Of a stretch of 64,000 bases of DNA, positions 23,781 to 43,669 are shown piece after piece. The notes below the pieces were generated by a model, which searched no databases, was not told the DNA's origin, and saw only the letters and a program-made list of their open reading frames with translations. The stretch is from Azolla caroliniana (lineage: Eukaryota; Plantae; Polypodiophyta). The stretch lies in contig JBHGNT010000001.1 of the NCBI GenBank assembly GCA_043228905.1, forward strand, positions 32,736,001-32,800,000. The letters run 5' to 3'. Both the position numbers and the translations under genes were made by a program. Every line of letters starts with the position of its first letter. Position 1 is the stretch's first letter.

Positions 23781-26700
23781 ATCTACCGATCATTAAGGGA
23801 GATGTTTCTTATTTAGTTGGTAGGAATGTTCAGTAATTACTTTAGGCTACAACAATCACAACATGGATCATGATCCTCTCCTTATTTAAGGATATAGGTG
23901 GAAAAATAAGTATGTTAAGTGGCCGCTAAAATGTTCTTCCCTTTTGTAGAAAATTATAGCGGCACATGCCTGCCAAGTAGAAGAATCTATCGAAATCATT
24001 CTATGAATGTATAAATGAAAAAGAAATAGATCTAAGTTTCAATATCAGTGATCATTTTAAAGATATTTTATGGTTTTAAAACTTAACAGTCTTTCCATTT
24101 ATTGTTTGCATAAAGATTCGGAAGCCATGCTCTCTCACGAGCCATGAATCATATACATACATATATATGCAAGCGAGAAAAACAAATAGCTTGGAAGATT
24201 CTTTTGATATCACAATTAACTATCCAATCAAAGTAGACTGAAAGTATCATCTTCTTTAAAAATGTCTCTAGAATAGGCCCTTTTTTCATTTCAAAATATG
24301 GGGTTTTGCTTCTCTCCAGAACACACTTTGTGTGCATCTTGCAACTCATGTTACCTCTTATTCAACACACCTCTTGTTTTAAATGTATCGAAGAAATAGA
24401 AATGTGTCACATAGTTGGCGAATATATGTCTCTACTTATTTAATAAGTTCAATAAGATGTTATATCCGATGACATAATGCGATGGGCGGTTAAAAGAAGG
24501 TCAATCAATCCAAGAATGAAGCATAGAATTGAATTAAATTGAAAAACTACTTTGAATCTCAAATATTTATTACTAAATAAAATTATGTCCCTTCTGATGT
24601 GATTTCAATTTTCACTCACTTGGTGAGATGTGAAAGTAAATCTATGTCATTCATGATAAGCATAATTTATGTGAACCTAAACGATAGACTTAGTTGACTA
24701 CGAATGAAGTTAAATCAAAGCATTACAAATAATGGAATAATTTATGATGTCAATTATTTCTATTGACGATCTTTGAAAGAGACGAGTTGCGAATTTCTTT
24801 CCATAGTGTTACGTATAATACACGATAGCATCTGCCAAGCAACAATCCTTGAAGTTGAAGGGCACACTTACTTTTCTTGTGGATGTGTATTTTTCCAGGA
24901 ACCCTTCTTAAGTGGAATGCAAAAAAATAATATTTCTTGGCTTTCTTTCTGGAAAGCATGAACTCAAAAATTGTCCAATTGCATTTATAATGCACTAGAA
25001 AGTTTTCTAGATTCATATATAACTTATTATCAATAATTCAATAATAAAGGAATAGTATAGGATGCATTAATTTATGTATCCTTCTTTTGGACAAAAGTAG
25101 TTTGTTCCGAATTAATAGGTTTGGAAACACAATTCGACAATGAAATCGACCCAAATATCTAAGTTAATTTATGATTTTAGCCGTAATACTAATATTGCAT
25201 TATAGACAAGGTATCAAAATTTTAGTTTCTGATTGGGGTAATGTCCATAAAGATGAGGACAACAATATTGCTAGAAATAATGTCAAAATCCAAACTACAA
25301 TGTCAACTGATGTTTCAAAACTTTTTAAAGGTATTTTTTATGACCAATATTTTGATCTAAGACTTATCAAAATGATAACTGTTATTTTGTATATAGGCCA
25401 AAATATGATTAAAAAACTTAGAAAAATTTGTATTAGAAGTTATCCTCGTGGACAAAACCCCTATAGGCATACTACAACCTTCAAATTTGTGGCATGCTTG
25501 TATTTTGCTCAACATTGTTGTCTAATAGGTAATGTGTTAGTATCAAGAAGCTGACTAATGGATGTATTAAGTTATTGTATCACTTCTAACTTTTTCTTTA
25601 CGTTGCTCTCTAAAGGTAGAGGTCATCAAATTAGTCTCCTTCAAATATATTCATAGCTACACTTTCAGTCAAAAGCATCTCGATTATATTATGCTCACGA
25701 AATGATATAGTCTCGTTAGAAGGTGGGTTCTTAGATTTATTTAGTGGAACATTGTTGTTTCATATTTTTGTTGAAGATTGAAGTATGTTAGTCTTTTCAT
25801 CTAGACATTGAAGTGAGTTGTAAAATTCTTCAAATAAACCTTACATAATATACAAAAGATAAGAATCAAGTTATGAAACACAAATATATACTTGAAATAC
25901 AAAGATGCCAAATAGTGTTATGTTTTTTTGAAAGTGCTTGGTTTCACAGTACTAAATTGCTCGATCGAGTCATGGACAACTACTAGGATTCTCCAAGACT
26001 TAATTGTGGACTAACTCAACACTCTTGAATAGCCATGAAAATTTCAAATTCCTCAGCCACACAAAGACAATATAAATCCGATACATTTGCAACCAACAAA
26101 GTTGTAACATATATTTGTTTAGTTTTTGTTGGAAAGTATTGATCACCATGTTCATTATATAACATCGTACAAGGAATAAATCAGGTATATACCCATGACA
26201 TTGTCTCTAACTTTTCAAAGCAAACTTCACGGGTGACAACCCATTAATATTAGGAGATTTAATCAACTACGTGTAGCTTGACAAGGCAACGTCATCAAAC
26301 ATGTGCCGATAAGGCCATCACTAGTTAGCAATACCATGTTCCATATAGCACGTTGGAGTGTGGAATTTAGGCATCCTTGTCATAAGACCATGTTCCATCT
26401 AACTATGTGGGATTTTTATTTCTTGTTCACTAATAGCTCTTAAGAGATTGTTAATGGAACAAATTGAGGCACTACGGTATGTCTAAAGTGGAGAAAATGA
26501 TTATGACCATTTGATCATTTTCAAGGATTTCGATATATTCTATTTTATACTACAATTGGTGAAACATTGTGTGTGAAGAAAAGCACTTCAAAAAAGAATG
26601 ACCCAATCACAAACTATTAAGAAGATACATTGGTTGCATCAACAAAAAATGGATGTAATTGTAATAAAACATGCTTCACTTGCAAAAAAAGCGACGTCAT

Positions 26701-28345
26701 TCTTCACAATTAAGTGTTGTTTACATATGCTTAGATGTCATTGTTTTCAATGAAATATTTTTTTCATGCAATGATGCTAGACAGAATGACCTAACCAAAA
26801 AGAATGTCCTAAATTGAGAAATCATGATATTTTGCGCAAATTTCAATATTTAAGGCAGACCCTTAAGAGATAGATGAAACTTGGTAAAACAATGTTTGCA
26901 GATGCAAGCCATCAATTAAATTTGATTTCCATAGAAAGTTATGAAAGGCTTGCCGAAGTTACAATCTTTTATGTGGTGCTAGTTGAAGTAGAGTGCAAAT
27001 ACATTGCTTTTGCTTCACCTTAACCCTGAAACTCCGAGTCACCCCAAACATTCTAGATCAAATGACTCGTTGCATGTCATGTGAATAATGAGTACTCTTG
27101 CCTAATAAGTTCTCAATGTTTTTTTTCACACCACTATATGGTCGGGCTATTTTCATGTATGTTTTAACATGCTTTATTCACAAACAATGGTCATTGTTAA
27201 AAATAGAAGCTTCTCCTCATTTGTATCCATGGAGAGTGCACATTTGTTTTAGAAAAAGGAGGCTCTGAGGCCCATACAATGGTCTTCCATGTCCATATAG
27301 AGTATAACAAACCTCTTCCCCCCTAACACAGCAATTTTGGTGGAGATCACCACATGCTTGCACATTCTAAACTAATGACAATGCTATTAATACCACAACA
27401 ACCAAGTGCATTTATAGATTCTATATTTATTAAAATATGTTTTCGGGGCCCACATTGGATGTGATGACCTTGCTTTTGCACCACAACAAATCCAACTGAA
27501 AGCAGATCGTGCCAAGTTCTAAACCTGCAAAAAATGGTGGAGGCACACAAACAATGGACCAAAAAACATCGTGATGTAAGAAAAGGAAGCGACTAAATAA
27601 AGGCAACTTCCACAGGCTCTAATAAGGCGATCAAAACAACCCCATATTTGCTTACAACAACTAATGGTGTAGTGAGCGCCAAGAGAGTGTGAAAACTCGG
27701 GGGGGGGGGGGCAAGTGGCTTCAGGCGTGAAGGGGATTCAACAAGCATTGGTCGGGCTTCAGGCAGTGTCATCGGAAGGCGAAGGCTGATGATTGTGTGT
27801 GGTGTAAGCCACATAAATTGTCCGAGACAAAAGAGCAATAGCAAGAGCTACTCGTCTGTTAGTTGATAACATTGTTTCCCGAAATTTGACATGTGACAAA
27901 TATATATCATATCTTCCTTGCTTTTCATGTACCCTCCTCCCCAAACCCACCTACCAAATGAAAAACCACCACAAAAAGCAAAGGGAAAACATTAAAACAA
28001 CAACAAAATTGCACTCACCTGAGTTGTTTTTTTTTCTTTCTCCAAGCGGTTTCCTGAAAAGCAAAAAGCAAAAAGCAAAAAGCAAAACGCAAGACCAAAC
28101 AAAAAAGCAGGAAAACGCAAAACAGAAGAATAAAAATCTATCTATCTATTTATACCCAAAACAAAAAGAGAAGGGAAAAAAGAAAACGGTGAAATTTTAG
28201 TTTTTCTTATATTTTTATTTTGTTGCTGTTGAATTAAATCAATCGATTATTGGGTTATATTATTTTATTCTATGCCTTGTCCTTCATCTTCTTCACAAAG
28301 ACGCATATTGGATCTGCTATTCCTTGGTCTGTAACAACCCCACAG

Positions 28346-29452
28346 GTACGCACAAATCTTGCTTGGACCTTCAACTGTTCTTGAAATCACGGTTTGTTAT
28401 CGTGCTGTTGTTATGCTTCTTGGTTCAAATTACGGTGCCGTGGTTCGAATTAGGGTTTTTCTGTTTCAAAGTACCGTGTGTGTAAGTAGATTTCTTTTGT
28501 AATGCTTTGATTTAAAATAGACTTTGTTTATTTCAAATTTAACTTTGGGTAAGTGGGGCTCTTTGGCCATTCTGTGGGTAAAATTAGTGTATTTTAAATT
28601 GGGATTTGTGGAACCTTAGTTTCTTTCATTTTGGTTTGGGTTCAATTATGGTTCTGTGTGATTGGGTTTGTTTTATTATGTTGTCAAATTAGGAAATTTG
28701 TAAGTTGGTTTCTTGTATTATGCTTTTGTCCAAATCACGGTTTGTATACTTCTTCTTTTGCTGCGTGGATAAAGGTATAGTTTGTACAAGTGTGCCGTGT
28801 TTAAATTAGAGTTTCTGTAAGTTGGTTTCTTTTGTTCTTCCACGGTTCATGTTAGGGTTTCTACTTAGTTGGTTTCTTGCTAGGCTAGGCAACTGGGTTG
28901 CAACTTGCTTTTGTTTCTTTTAGGAATTTGCTGTTCGATTTTCTGCCCTCTCTGAGATACGTTCTGTCTTGTTTTCGAGAAATATAAGGCGCTGTTTTGT
29001 AAGAATTTAGGGTCTGTGTAAATGGAATCCGTTTGCTTTTTATAAGGCTTTCTCATATGTTCTCTTAATGTCTTTATTGGTTTTACAGCAGTTTATGGTG
29101 ATCTATAAGAAATTGAGGTTTGTGGGAATGAGAAATAAGGGGTTTGTGTAATTGGTTTGCTTGTGGTTTTTTCTAAAGATTCCTAGATTTTGTCATAAAG
29201 TTTTGTGTTAGAGAGGAGCATATGATGTTCTTGTAAGAAATTGAGGTTTGTGTGACCACGTTTCCTTTTTTAATACTCTTATTCAAGTCTGTACTATACG
29301 TTTTTCATGAAATAGTGACTCATTCTTATTACATGCTTAAATAATGAAGGAATCAATGTAAGCTGTATTAGAGCATACATAAAATTAGACATAAAATAGG
29401 TTCTTTACAAGGGTTTCATGTTCCTTTCATGTATTATCTGTCCTGTTGTAAG
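28346..29452 (+). other. Probable 5' UTR intron of the JMJ gene, built from degenerate AAATTAGGGTTT-like repeats
   Basis: Donor CAG|GTACGC at 28346 and acceptor GTTGTAAG at 29452. T-rich, with the motif recurring throughout. Confidence 0.5.
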
Positions 29453-29529
29453 TGTACATAAAGCTATGAACCATAACTAAATTGCTGCCTTGGGATGTAC
29501 TGTGCAAAAAGTGTTTTGATGGAGTTGAA

Positions 29530-35216
<5,687 letters not shown>

Positions 35217-36199
35217 ATTGTTAAGAGCAACGTAGATCCTTACACAATATAATGCCTTGGTAGAAGACGTGGCATTTGTGGATGCAATGTGAGCAATTGT
35301 CACGATAGGTAGTTTATTGCATGAGTGGCTGAAAATTTGTGTGGAATCACATATTTTTTCCATTCATCATTTCTTTTTTCTTTTCACTTTTGGAGGGCAA
35401 ACTTCATCTTGCCTACATTCTCCATAATGTGGATGGAATTGTGTATATCTTTTGATGTATAACCTTTTGTGGTTGCCTACTAGAAGAGCTCCACTTTGTC
35501 AAAATGGCAAGAAGGTATAGAAGAAAAGCAAACACCTTTGAGGGGTGCACATGCGGAGAAAAGATAAAAAATAATAATATTTTTTGACATTTGTTCTGAT
35601 GTCTCGTGCCCATCAGAAAATCATTTATTGACTGTCAAAGAAGATTGATTGATATATGGGAAGTATAAGATTACTTGTGACAAATTGGGTAATAATATGT
35701 AAATTGGCTATATACGTTTGTATCATATGCAAAGGTTTTTTTCCCTCTACTTGTTTGTGGAAAGCCACCTAGTAAAAACCATTTTTGGTTGCAGTCTCAC
35801 GACTTAATCAAAACAAATATTTGCATGGGTGATAGTTGCTTTTCTTGCCATCTTGAGAATGACTGAAGAATATGAAGATGTTTACGAATTCAAGTTGAAA
35901 GAGGTGCTTGAAAGAGATGTATGGCTTGCACACATGGATGCTAATTGGTCGACCATTATTATTAGTTGTGTTATCGTAGATGGGCTTTGCTTGCATAGTA
36001 TGAATCAAAATCCAATAGATATGAAGAGAATCTTTGAAAATATTCATGTGATGGGATGAGCATACTAGATGGGTCAAATTGTGTAGGGATGAGAATACAA
36101 TTATATCGACATCTAATGTAGTTTTAATTAAAAGAAACCTTTAGACAATAGAAGAAGAGAATACATGTTTGGATAGCATTATTGTATGATTCTTGCAAT

Positions 36200-36970
36200 A
36201 CTAGTTTGATCCTTCTATTTCCATATATGGACGTTCAACACTTTGACAATAATAAGCATAATTAGAGTCTTAGGCATAATAATTGGTGTATTCACTTGCA
36301 CATAACTCCTATAATAAATTTTCTAGAGTGAGAAGTGCATGAAGAACAAACATATGTCTAGGGGATTTCGTGAAGTATCTCCAAATATTTCTACCCCTTC
36401 ATATTGGGAGTGATAGATTTCACAATATGTATGAGCATCATTGTTGGTCTATTTTATATTGAATTCCATCCTTGAAAATAATTATATAGATACTTTGTAT
36501 TTATGATTGATACATGGAGATCACATATTGTTGAAGAAAAGGCTGAAATACATTATCACCTTAGGTACCAACTATTTCAACAAATTTGTATAGGGATAGT
36601 TTAACAATATGTAGCAACAATAGTCTCTACTCTCAATGATACAAGGTAATTGGCACGATAATTCCATGTTATTAATGATGGCAACAAGTACATAGGGTAA
36701 AGGGAGCATTTGATAGGTTGGGCCAGTACTTCATACAAAATGTGATCGACATGGAAACCTTATGTTCTAATTTTCTATGGGACAAACATGTGTAGCTACA
36801 TTGATGGTTTTGAAATCTTGTAGAGGCATATATTTGGTTAGGAACTTTATGTATATATGTGGGAAGTACATGCTTATTCATACCCTTTCTGGCATGGAAT
36901 TCAATTGCCATCAATGTTCTTACAAAGGATATGTTGAGACAACGCCACAATTTTGAACTATTCATTTGCT
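36200..36970 (-). mobile_element. Decayed Ty3/gypsy integrase remnant
   Basis: Minus-strand fragments resemble KGMxKxVxxY, VSM(D), VPKVI and YHxQxEG in integrase order, but are highly degenerate. Confidence 0.4.
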
Positions 36971-38799
36971 GGGAGATCTAGCCTTCCATATGACCTAGCA
37001 CGAAGACAAAATATTGTTTATTTGGCACCAATAATTGTAGATGCTTGTCTTGTCACCGACATAGATATCTTCCTTTAGAATGAGGAAATTTACTTGGTCA
37101 CAATGGAGGTTTTACGTAAAAGGAATAACATCAACCCTTCAAATGGTAATGACATTAAGTGGTGACCATTAAAAATCTCATATGACGAGGAATACATGTA
37201 TGTATCAAGTTTAAGTTAAAAGTTATATGGTAAGTATTTGATTCACACTCCTTTCCTATGTACTAAGAAGGTAACTTGGTGTAGTGTTTGACACTTGTCA
37301 AGGCCATGGTTGCCTTATAGAAGAAGAAGAAGAAGAAGAAGAAAAGGGTCTTTCTCGTAGCACTAATGGACAAGCTACAAGAAAATATCCATGGAGTTGA
37401 GTGAGAGAAGCAAAAGAAGAGACGAGAAGATGATATAAGCGAAGGGGGTCGTCATCATCATGATCATGAGGGAATTGCCAGGAGTTCGAGTAGAAAAGAT
37501 GTAGAGGTCGGTCATGATGACACACCTTTGCCACCGCGTGTTCAAGTTGTGCAAGAAGGTATTGAAGTCGAGCATGAGCGGCCTTCTTTCATGTAGAAGG
37601 TGATGGGCAAAGTAGGCTATGGAGATATTGGGAAACATGAGGTATTAGAGGGAGAAAATAATCATCATCATGGACATGAACAACTACAACAACAAAATAT
37701 GGCTAGAGAAGATGTTGGATCAAGAGACTCGGATGATGTCTCGGTGCCTGGTGTCCGTGTTGTGGTGGAAGACGTCGAACAAGATGTGGACTCCTCTCTT
37801 GTGGACAAGATGAAGGGCAAAATCTCCCAGAGGCTAGAGAGGAAAGAAGAGCATGCCCAACATGGTCTTCAATCCTTCTTTCCCTTATGAATCATATACA
37901 TAAAGTTGGTATTTTGGTAGATGTTCATGTCCAAATGATCATTTAGCTTTGGCAAACTAGAAGTTCTTGGATCGAGTCATTTTTGTTTTGCTTACTATTA
38001 TTGTACTCTAATTCATGAGAGTTGATCTATACATAGATTTAACTTTCACTTTGTGATGTCGTTAAGTTTGTTTGTTCTCCCATTTTCCAACAAGTCGTTT
38101 GAAGAAACATTGTTGGCTATGTTCTTATTGTGTTTTATAAGACATCGACAAAATTTGTTGCAATGTTTTTTGCCCAATTGTTGGCTTGAAAATATATACA
38201 CGATGTGAACTTTCATATGCCAAGAGTAAATTTAGTTATTTGGTCACTATGCTTGAATCTTATTATATGTGAAAGTTTCATCAATCTTTAAATCATGGAC
38301 ATATTTTATTATATATGTGGGTCATCTTTTAGAGTCTCTTTAATTTGTAAAATGCGTTGCTCTCCTGAGCAAACAACCTTGCTTAGAAATGATAGAAATT
38401 GTCATTTTAGATGGATAGTTGCTACCATGAATTTCAAATAATGTCTTTATTTAAGCATATGATACGTTTTTTGCGGTTTGAATCTTGATTTAAAGAGTGG
38501 TTCAATTCAAGAAGCATTCTATTTGACAAGCCTAGCTATTCACAAATGAATGGCCACTTTAATTATTAACTTAATCTTTTGTGAGAATGTAGAATCTTTA
38601 CTTGGAGTGGATAAGATTTAACTAGATTCCAACGTGGAATTGCTCCTTAAATCGTTATTTAGAACATAGTGGGAAGATCAAGATCTATGACCCACCACAT
38701 ATTGAATGAATCTTAATTATGTGTGGCAAGCTTAATGTTCATATGGTTGAAATGTGAAGATGATTTGTATGGCAAACTTACTACAAATGGTTGGTGTGA

Positions 38800-40110
38800 C
38801 AAATCTCGAAGGTATGACAAGTTGTGGGAAAATGGAGAAACAAAATTGATCTTCGCATATATCCTTACATGGTCTAGAATGGTTGGTGTGAACCTTATTG
38901 CCTACACTCTCTCCATGCAAAACATCAAAACAGTAGCTTTGAAGTTTAAATTTGATAGGTTTATAGGAAATCTATTTTGAATATCCTTAAAACTTCACCT
39001 AGCTTTAGCTAAGCCTAAAGTTTGACAAAATATATATTATGGAGAAGATCCTTGAACTTGTTTTAGAAATTAGACAAGAAAGTATGCACATTCAAAACAT
39101 TGCCCACAATGGCTGAAGAAAATAGAAATAATGGATTATCCACTTCTAGGTTTGACCAACCGCATCGATAAACCCTAATGCAAGTAAATCTCAAACTAAG
39201 CAAGGCAAGTTTTGTGTGCAAGAGACATGGATTGACAGGTGGTTTCCATGTAGTCTATCGATTAGATTTGAATTAAATAAAGGCCAACCTATTAACTCAC
39301 TAGATTCTCTACCCACTTTACACTAGTACCACTTACATTGGAGGATACATGAGAAACTAGATTTAGAAGTGTACTTCACCGTTAATCATGTCTCAAGAGC
39401 CAATATGTGCTTTGAACTTGGTACTCATGAACTTTGTATTTATGCACAATGCCTTGGTCTCACATGTAGTGCCACCCATTTTTGTGAAAAAGAGCCATGA
39501 ACAAGAGGAACTTAGTCATGAATGCCACATGTTTTTAAGGAGAGATATTTAGATAACATGCAGAAGAGAACGTTTGACTAGAATGAAAACATTTCCTAAT
39601 AGAACTAAAGATTATAGAAATGTGATAGCAAGGGGAATCAACACTCTAACTAAAAGAAATCTCTCACATAGGGTTAAAAATAAAGGTTATGGAAAGGTAT
39701 TTAGGAAGTATAATCAATATTCTAACTAAAAGACACCTCTCACACAAAGTTCAACTCTGGTTGGCAGAAATAAACACAATAAAAGATTTCTCAAAGTCAG
39801 AATTAGAAGCCATGGTTGAAGAGCTTTTGAAAGCTAGATGATTCACACTTGATTCTAGCCAAAAATCCATATATGTTTAAGCCTTCTACAAAATATGATC
39901 ACATCGAGCACTATAATGAAGTCATTAGCCCTATAAACACATCTCTAATGTGATCGGAGTGGCATAGCCTCTAGACCCACAAAACTAAATCTATCACATT
40001 TTGCTCTTGAAAATCATTATGGAGCTCCTCAAGCTCTCTAAGCACTTCTATAGTCTTTTAAGGGAGTTCGCTTGCTACAATAATTTAGGCAAAATGGAAT
40101 TGAAGATTTT
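38800..40110 (+). mobile_element. Decayed Ty3/gypsy RT-RNaseH remnant
   Basis: KIDLR (about 38843), AFExL-like (about 39820) and RExLA...KW-like (about 40060) fragments in pol order. Confidence 0.4.
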
Positions 40111-40499
40111 GAGCATTGTCTTAAATCCGTAGCAATGGCACGGGTGGAAATTTCATTCCTTGCCACACTTTATTCTTGTTATCCTAACTAATCTAGAATT
40201 GAGATCAACCTTATTGTTGGCAAGATGGATTGGAGGGGTTATCGACCCACTACAAGCGTACAAGCAAACAATAGAGAATAAAGCAAGGAAACTCTAAGCC
40301 TAATTCCTCATAGTGCATAAGAAGTGTAAAGTTTTAATAAGTCAACACTATCTAGACTTCTTCAAAACTATATGTTACATAGATGTATTGTAACCAATTA
40401 TATCACAATTACCAAACAATTTATACATTTGCCTCACGTTTGGCTTGGTAGTTCATCCATGCTCTTTTTCTAGATGACCTTGTCTTTTCGATATCTTGG

Positions 40500-40501
<2 letters not shown>

Positions 40502-40546
<45 letters not shown>
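40502..40546. repeat. (CT)n microsatellite
   Basis: Directly visible. Confidence 0.95.
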
Positions 40547-40548
<2 letters not shown>

Positions 40549-40890
40549 ACAATAATTATTCAAATAATGAATTTATTATTGGATAAGTAATAGGTAATAG
40601 GTTGCATAATGAATTTGAATAAACTAAACACAAAGAGTTTCTCTTTTTTTTCATGAGAAAATATCCTCCATTAGCATTAAAATTAAAGTGGCCAGAGGCA
40701 ATATACAAAGTAGTCCAATATTACAATGAATATTGTGAAGCCATGCCGAACAGAGAGTTTCTTTTTACATGGATAAATGGAAACATGATGACAATGGTGA
40801 AGTGGATGAATAATGCATACGAGTCATGAGGTGCACAAGCACAAAGTAAAAGTATTGTGTCCATACATCATGTAAGAGACTTAAATTTCG

Positions 40891-42518
40891 AATCTTCGTA
40901 GATGCCCATCACAATTTTATTTTATTTTATTTTTTCTGATGAGAGGGGTGTATTGCTTAGAAGTAGATCACAATTACAGTGGGCTGAGTTGGATAATGGT
41001 ATAACTGCCATGGTAACCTCTTGGGGAAATTATGTTTGTCATCTTAATAATTCACAGCTAGATGCTACCATGTGTAAGGGTTTTAGACCTACGTTTTATG
41101 CAATTCAATTATCTTTAGGGAATTTTCTCTCTAATTGGTCACATTCTTTTGTTCATGTTTGGTTTGGATATTTTACTCCGATTGGTGTTATGATAGGAAC
41201 AAAAGGAACAACGTCTCATGGAGACTGTTACTATTTTGATGTATTTGAGGAAGGATGGTTATGGAAAACTGATATGAAATCGTCAATTTGGCAAACGGCA
41301 TTGCAACATCCAGTAAGAGTGATTGGTAAATCTAACAAAAAGTGGATTTTAGATCTTTCTCCTTCTGATAGTATGTTATTTTACCAACTATGGTTTTTTT
41401 TTTAAAAAGTTGTTGTTGGACTTGCATTGGGACCCATTAGATTATCTTTGGAAACATACAAATCCTTCATCTCATACTAAATTTATTTAGTTTTTTCAAT
41501 ATTCTGTGAAGTTGGGACGAAAGTTGCTCTTAAGTAGAAAATTGCATCCGCCATCTGTTATGAAAGTGTGGTTGGCGAATGGGGCCTCTTTAATGGATGC
41601 ATCTAAATATTGGAAGTGGTTATGGAGTATGCAGATTCCTAGGAAGATTTTCCTTTCGCTGGTTCGGGCTTGGTTACGACAACTAAATAGTAAGTCATGT
41701 GGATTTGGTTGTGGATGTATGATGCAATCAATTAAGCATGTATTGTGTTCGTGTCCTAAAATTATGCAAGTTTGCCAAAGCATATTAAGGTTGTTGATAT
41801 TGATACATGCTAATTGTGTGATTACTTGGGGTGTGGTTAGGTGGGGCATTCTAGAGGGACACTTGTTATATGAAAAGGATGATATAGTGGAAGCCTTTCA
41901 CATAGTTCCTCCTCATATACAAATGGTTCAACCTTCTATAAGTGATAGTTTGCAATTTAGGGATGCTATTATTGGAAGACAATATCATCTATTCTGATGT
42001 GGGTAATTTGGAAGGCACGGTGTACATCAGTATTTGACAACGCCACTTAGGATGTTTATGTTATAATTGCTAAATTCTGGTTTTTACTTATTCATACATT
42101 ACATGGTCAGTATGAAAGTTGTACAGGCAACGTTGATGCCATTTTCAGGAAGCAAATGCATTTTAAAACGTTATGGGATTCAATGCTCATTTTTAGGGAA
42201 GATGGAGATCACATAATATGGATGTATACTGTTCCCATCATTTTGGGAAACAATGTCTACTAACTTCGTTTATGGACACTCTGTTGCTACAGATTTTGTG
42301 ATGTAGGTTACATTGGATGCTCAGTTGTCGTTTGGCAGGAGTAGACCATAACAATCTTGGAGATATGGTGTACAAATATGTGTAGGTCTTGTATAGACAC
42401 ATGAAATTAGCTATGATGTGAGCACAATGGAGTCGGTTGGTGTACTCCTTTATCCAACACAACTTTTGTATTTCTTGTGATTTTATAATACCAAGGCGTA
42501 TCTCTTTTCAAAAAGAAA
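40891..42518 (+). mobile_element. 5'-truncated L1-like LINE insertion with a 15-17-bp target-site duplication
   Basis: AAGAGACTTAAATTTCG at 40874-40890 and 42519-42535, with an A-rich tail. ORF2 C-terminal fragments: YWKWLWSMQIPRK, zf-RVT-like C..C...HVLCSC, WVIWKARC. Confidence 0.9.
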
Positions 42519-43094
42519 AAGAGACTTAAATTTCGTCTTAGATCAGTCTCTCAATAAGAATCAACAAAAACACTTATGCATCTTTTCTTATTTGAAAGAT
42601 CTTTTCCCTTATAATTCCTTACAATGATCAACATCGTGAGCTTGCACAAGTCATGCATTACACACAACTATTCTTGGTGGGATAAGATATGTAATTGAGT
42701 GCTAGAATGTTGATGCCATTTCCTTATCCTCTACCACACATATCTATGTATTATCCACTTTCTGCATGGGCATGGAAATGCACAATGCAGTACATAAAGT
42801 CGTAAGATTGAAAATATAGTTGGAGCAAAGAGATAGTCAAGACTCAAGAGCTAGAGAGTAGTATCTTAGGTTAGGAAAATCCTAGTGAAAAAGAAAAGAG
42901 AAATCCTTGGGAAGCCTAAAAGCTTTTGTCATATGTTAGATGTCCAAATATCATAAATGGAGATCGTTTTGTTATACATTTTGGAAAAACACAAAGTTTA
43001 CTTTTGAATTAGCTTTGTAGCCATTAGGAAGCTACAAAAGAAGGCCAATGGGCATGCAACATATTATTGGGGGAAGTAGCACAATAATTGGGTC

Positions 43095-43545
43095 TTTTGG
43101 CATACTATTACGTCATTGGCTCTTTGGATAATATGGAAAGCGAGATGTGATTCTGTTTTTAACGATGTCCACATACAACTCAACACTATGCTTATTGAAT
43201 TTTGGATGTTGTTTTGTTCACACACTACATGGTCAATATGATGATCTGCAGGGTTTTGATGATGTTTTGTGGCAACGACAAGTGGCCTTTAAGAACCGAT
43301 GGCAAGGACTTCAATTATTTTCAGATACAACTGCTAGTTCGAAGTGGATTTATGCCATACCTTCTTTTATGTTGGATAGTGGATAGTACTGTTCTACTTG
43401 TTCATATATGACATGATCTGTTTGATCTGATGTACTAGATTTTGTATCTTACAATAAGAAGTGAGATGAAATGTCTCCTCCTGTTTTTTCTATGTAGGCT
43501 TTTCAATAATATACTAAGGTGTATCTTCCTTTAAAAAAATAAAGA
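43095..43545 (+). mobile_element. 3' end of an L1-like LINE
   Basis: WIIWKARCDSVFN motif, 3' UTR ending CTAAGGTGTATCTTCCTTT plus an A-rich tail. Same family as 51387-51890. Confidence 0.8.
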
Positions 43546-43669
43546 GATTTGGAAAGAAAAGTTCTTTTCAAGAATTTGTGGATAAGTAAATGGGACTTCT
43601 TTTTTTCCATAAAAAATGTGAAACATTTTATATCAAACAGTTGAGAATTTGTGTCGTTACTCATGGACC

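Noticed and set aside
27593-28200. ORFs of 83-104 aa upstream of the JMJ gene
   Set aside because: Low-complexity G-run and A-rich promoter/UTR sequence with no domain or splice support.
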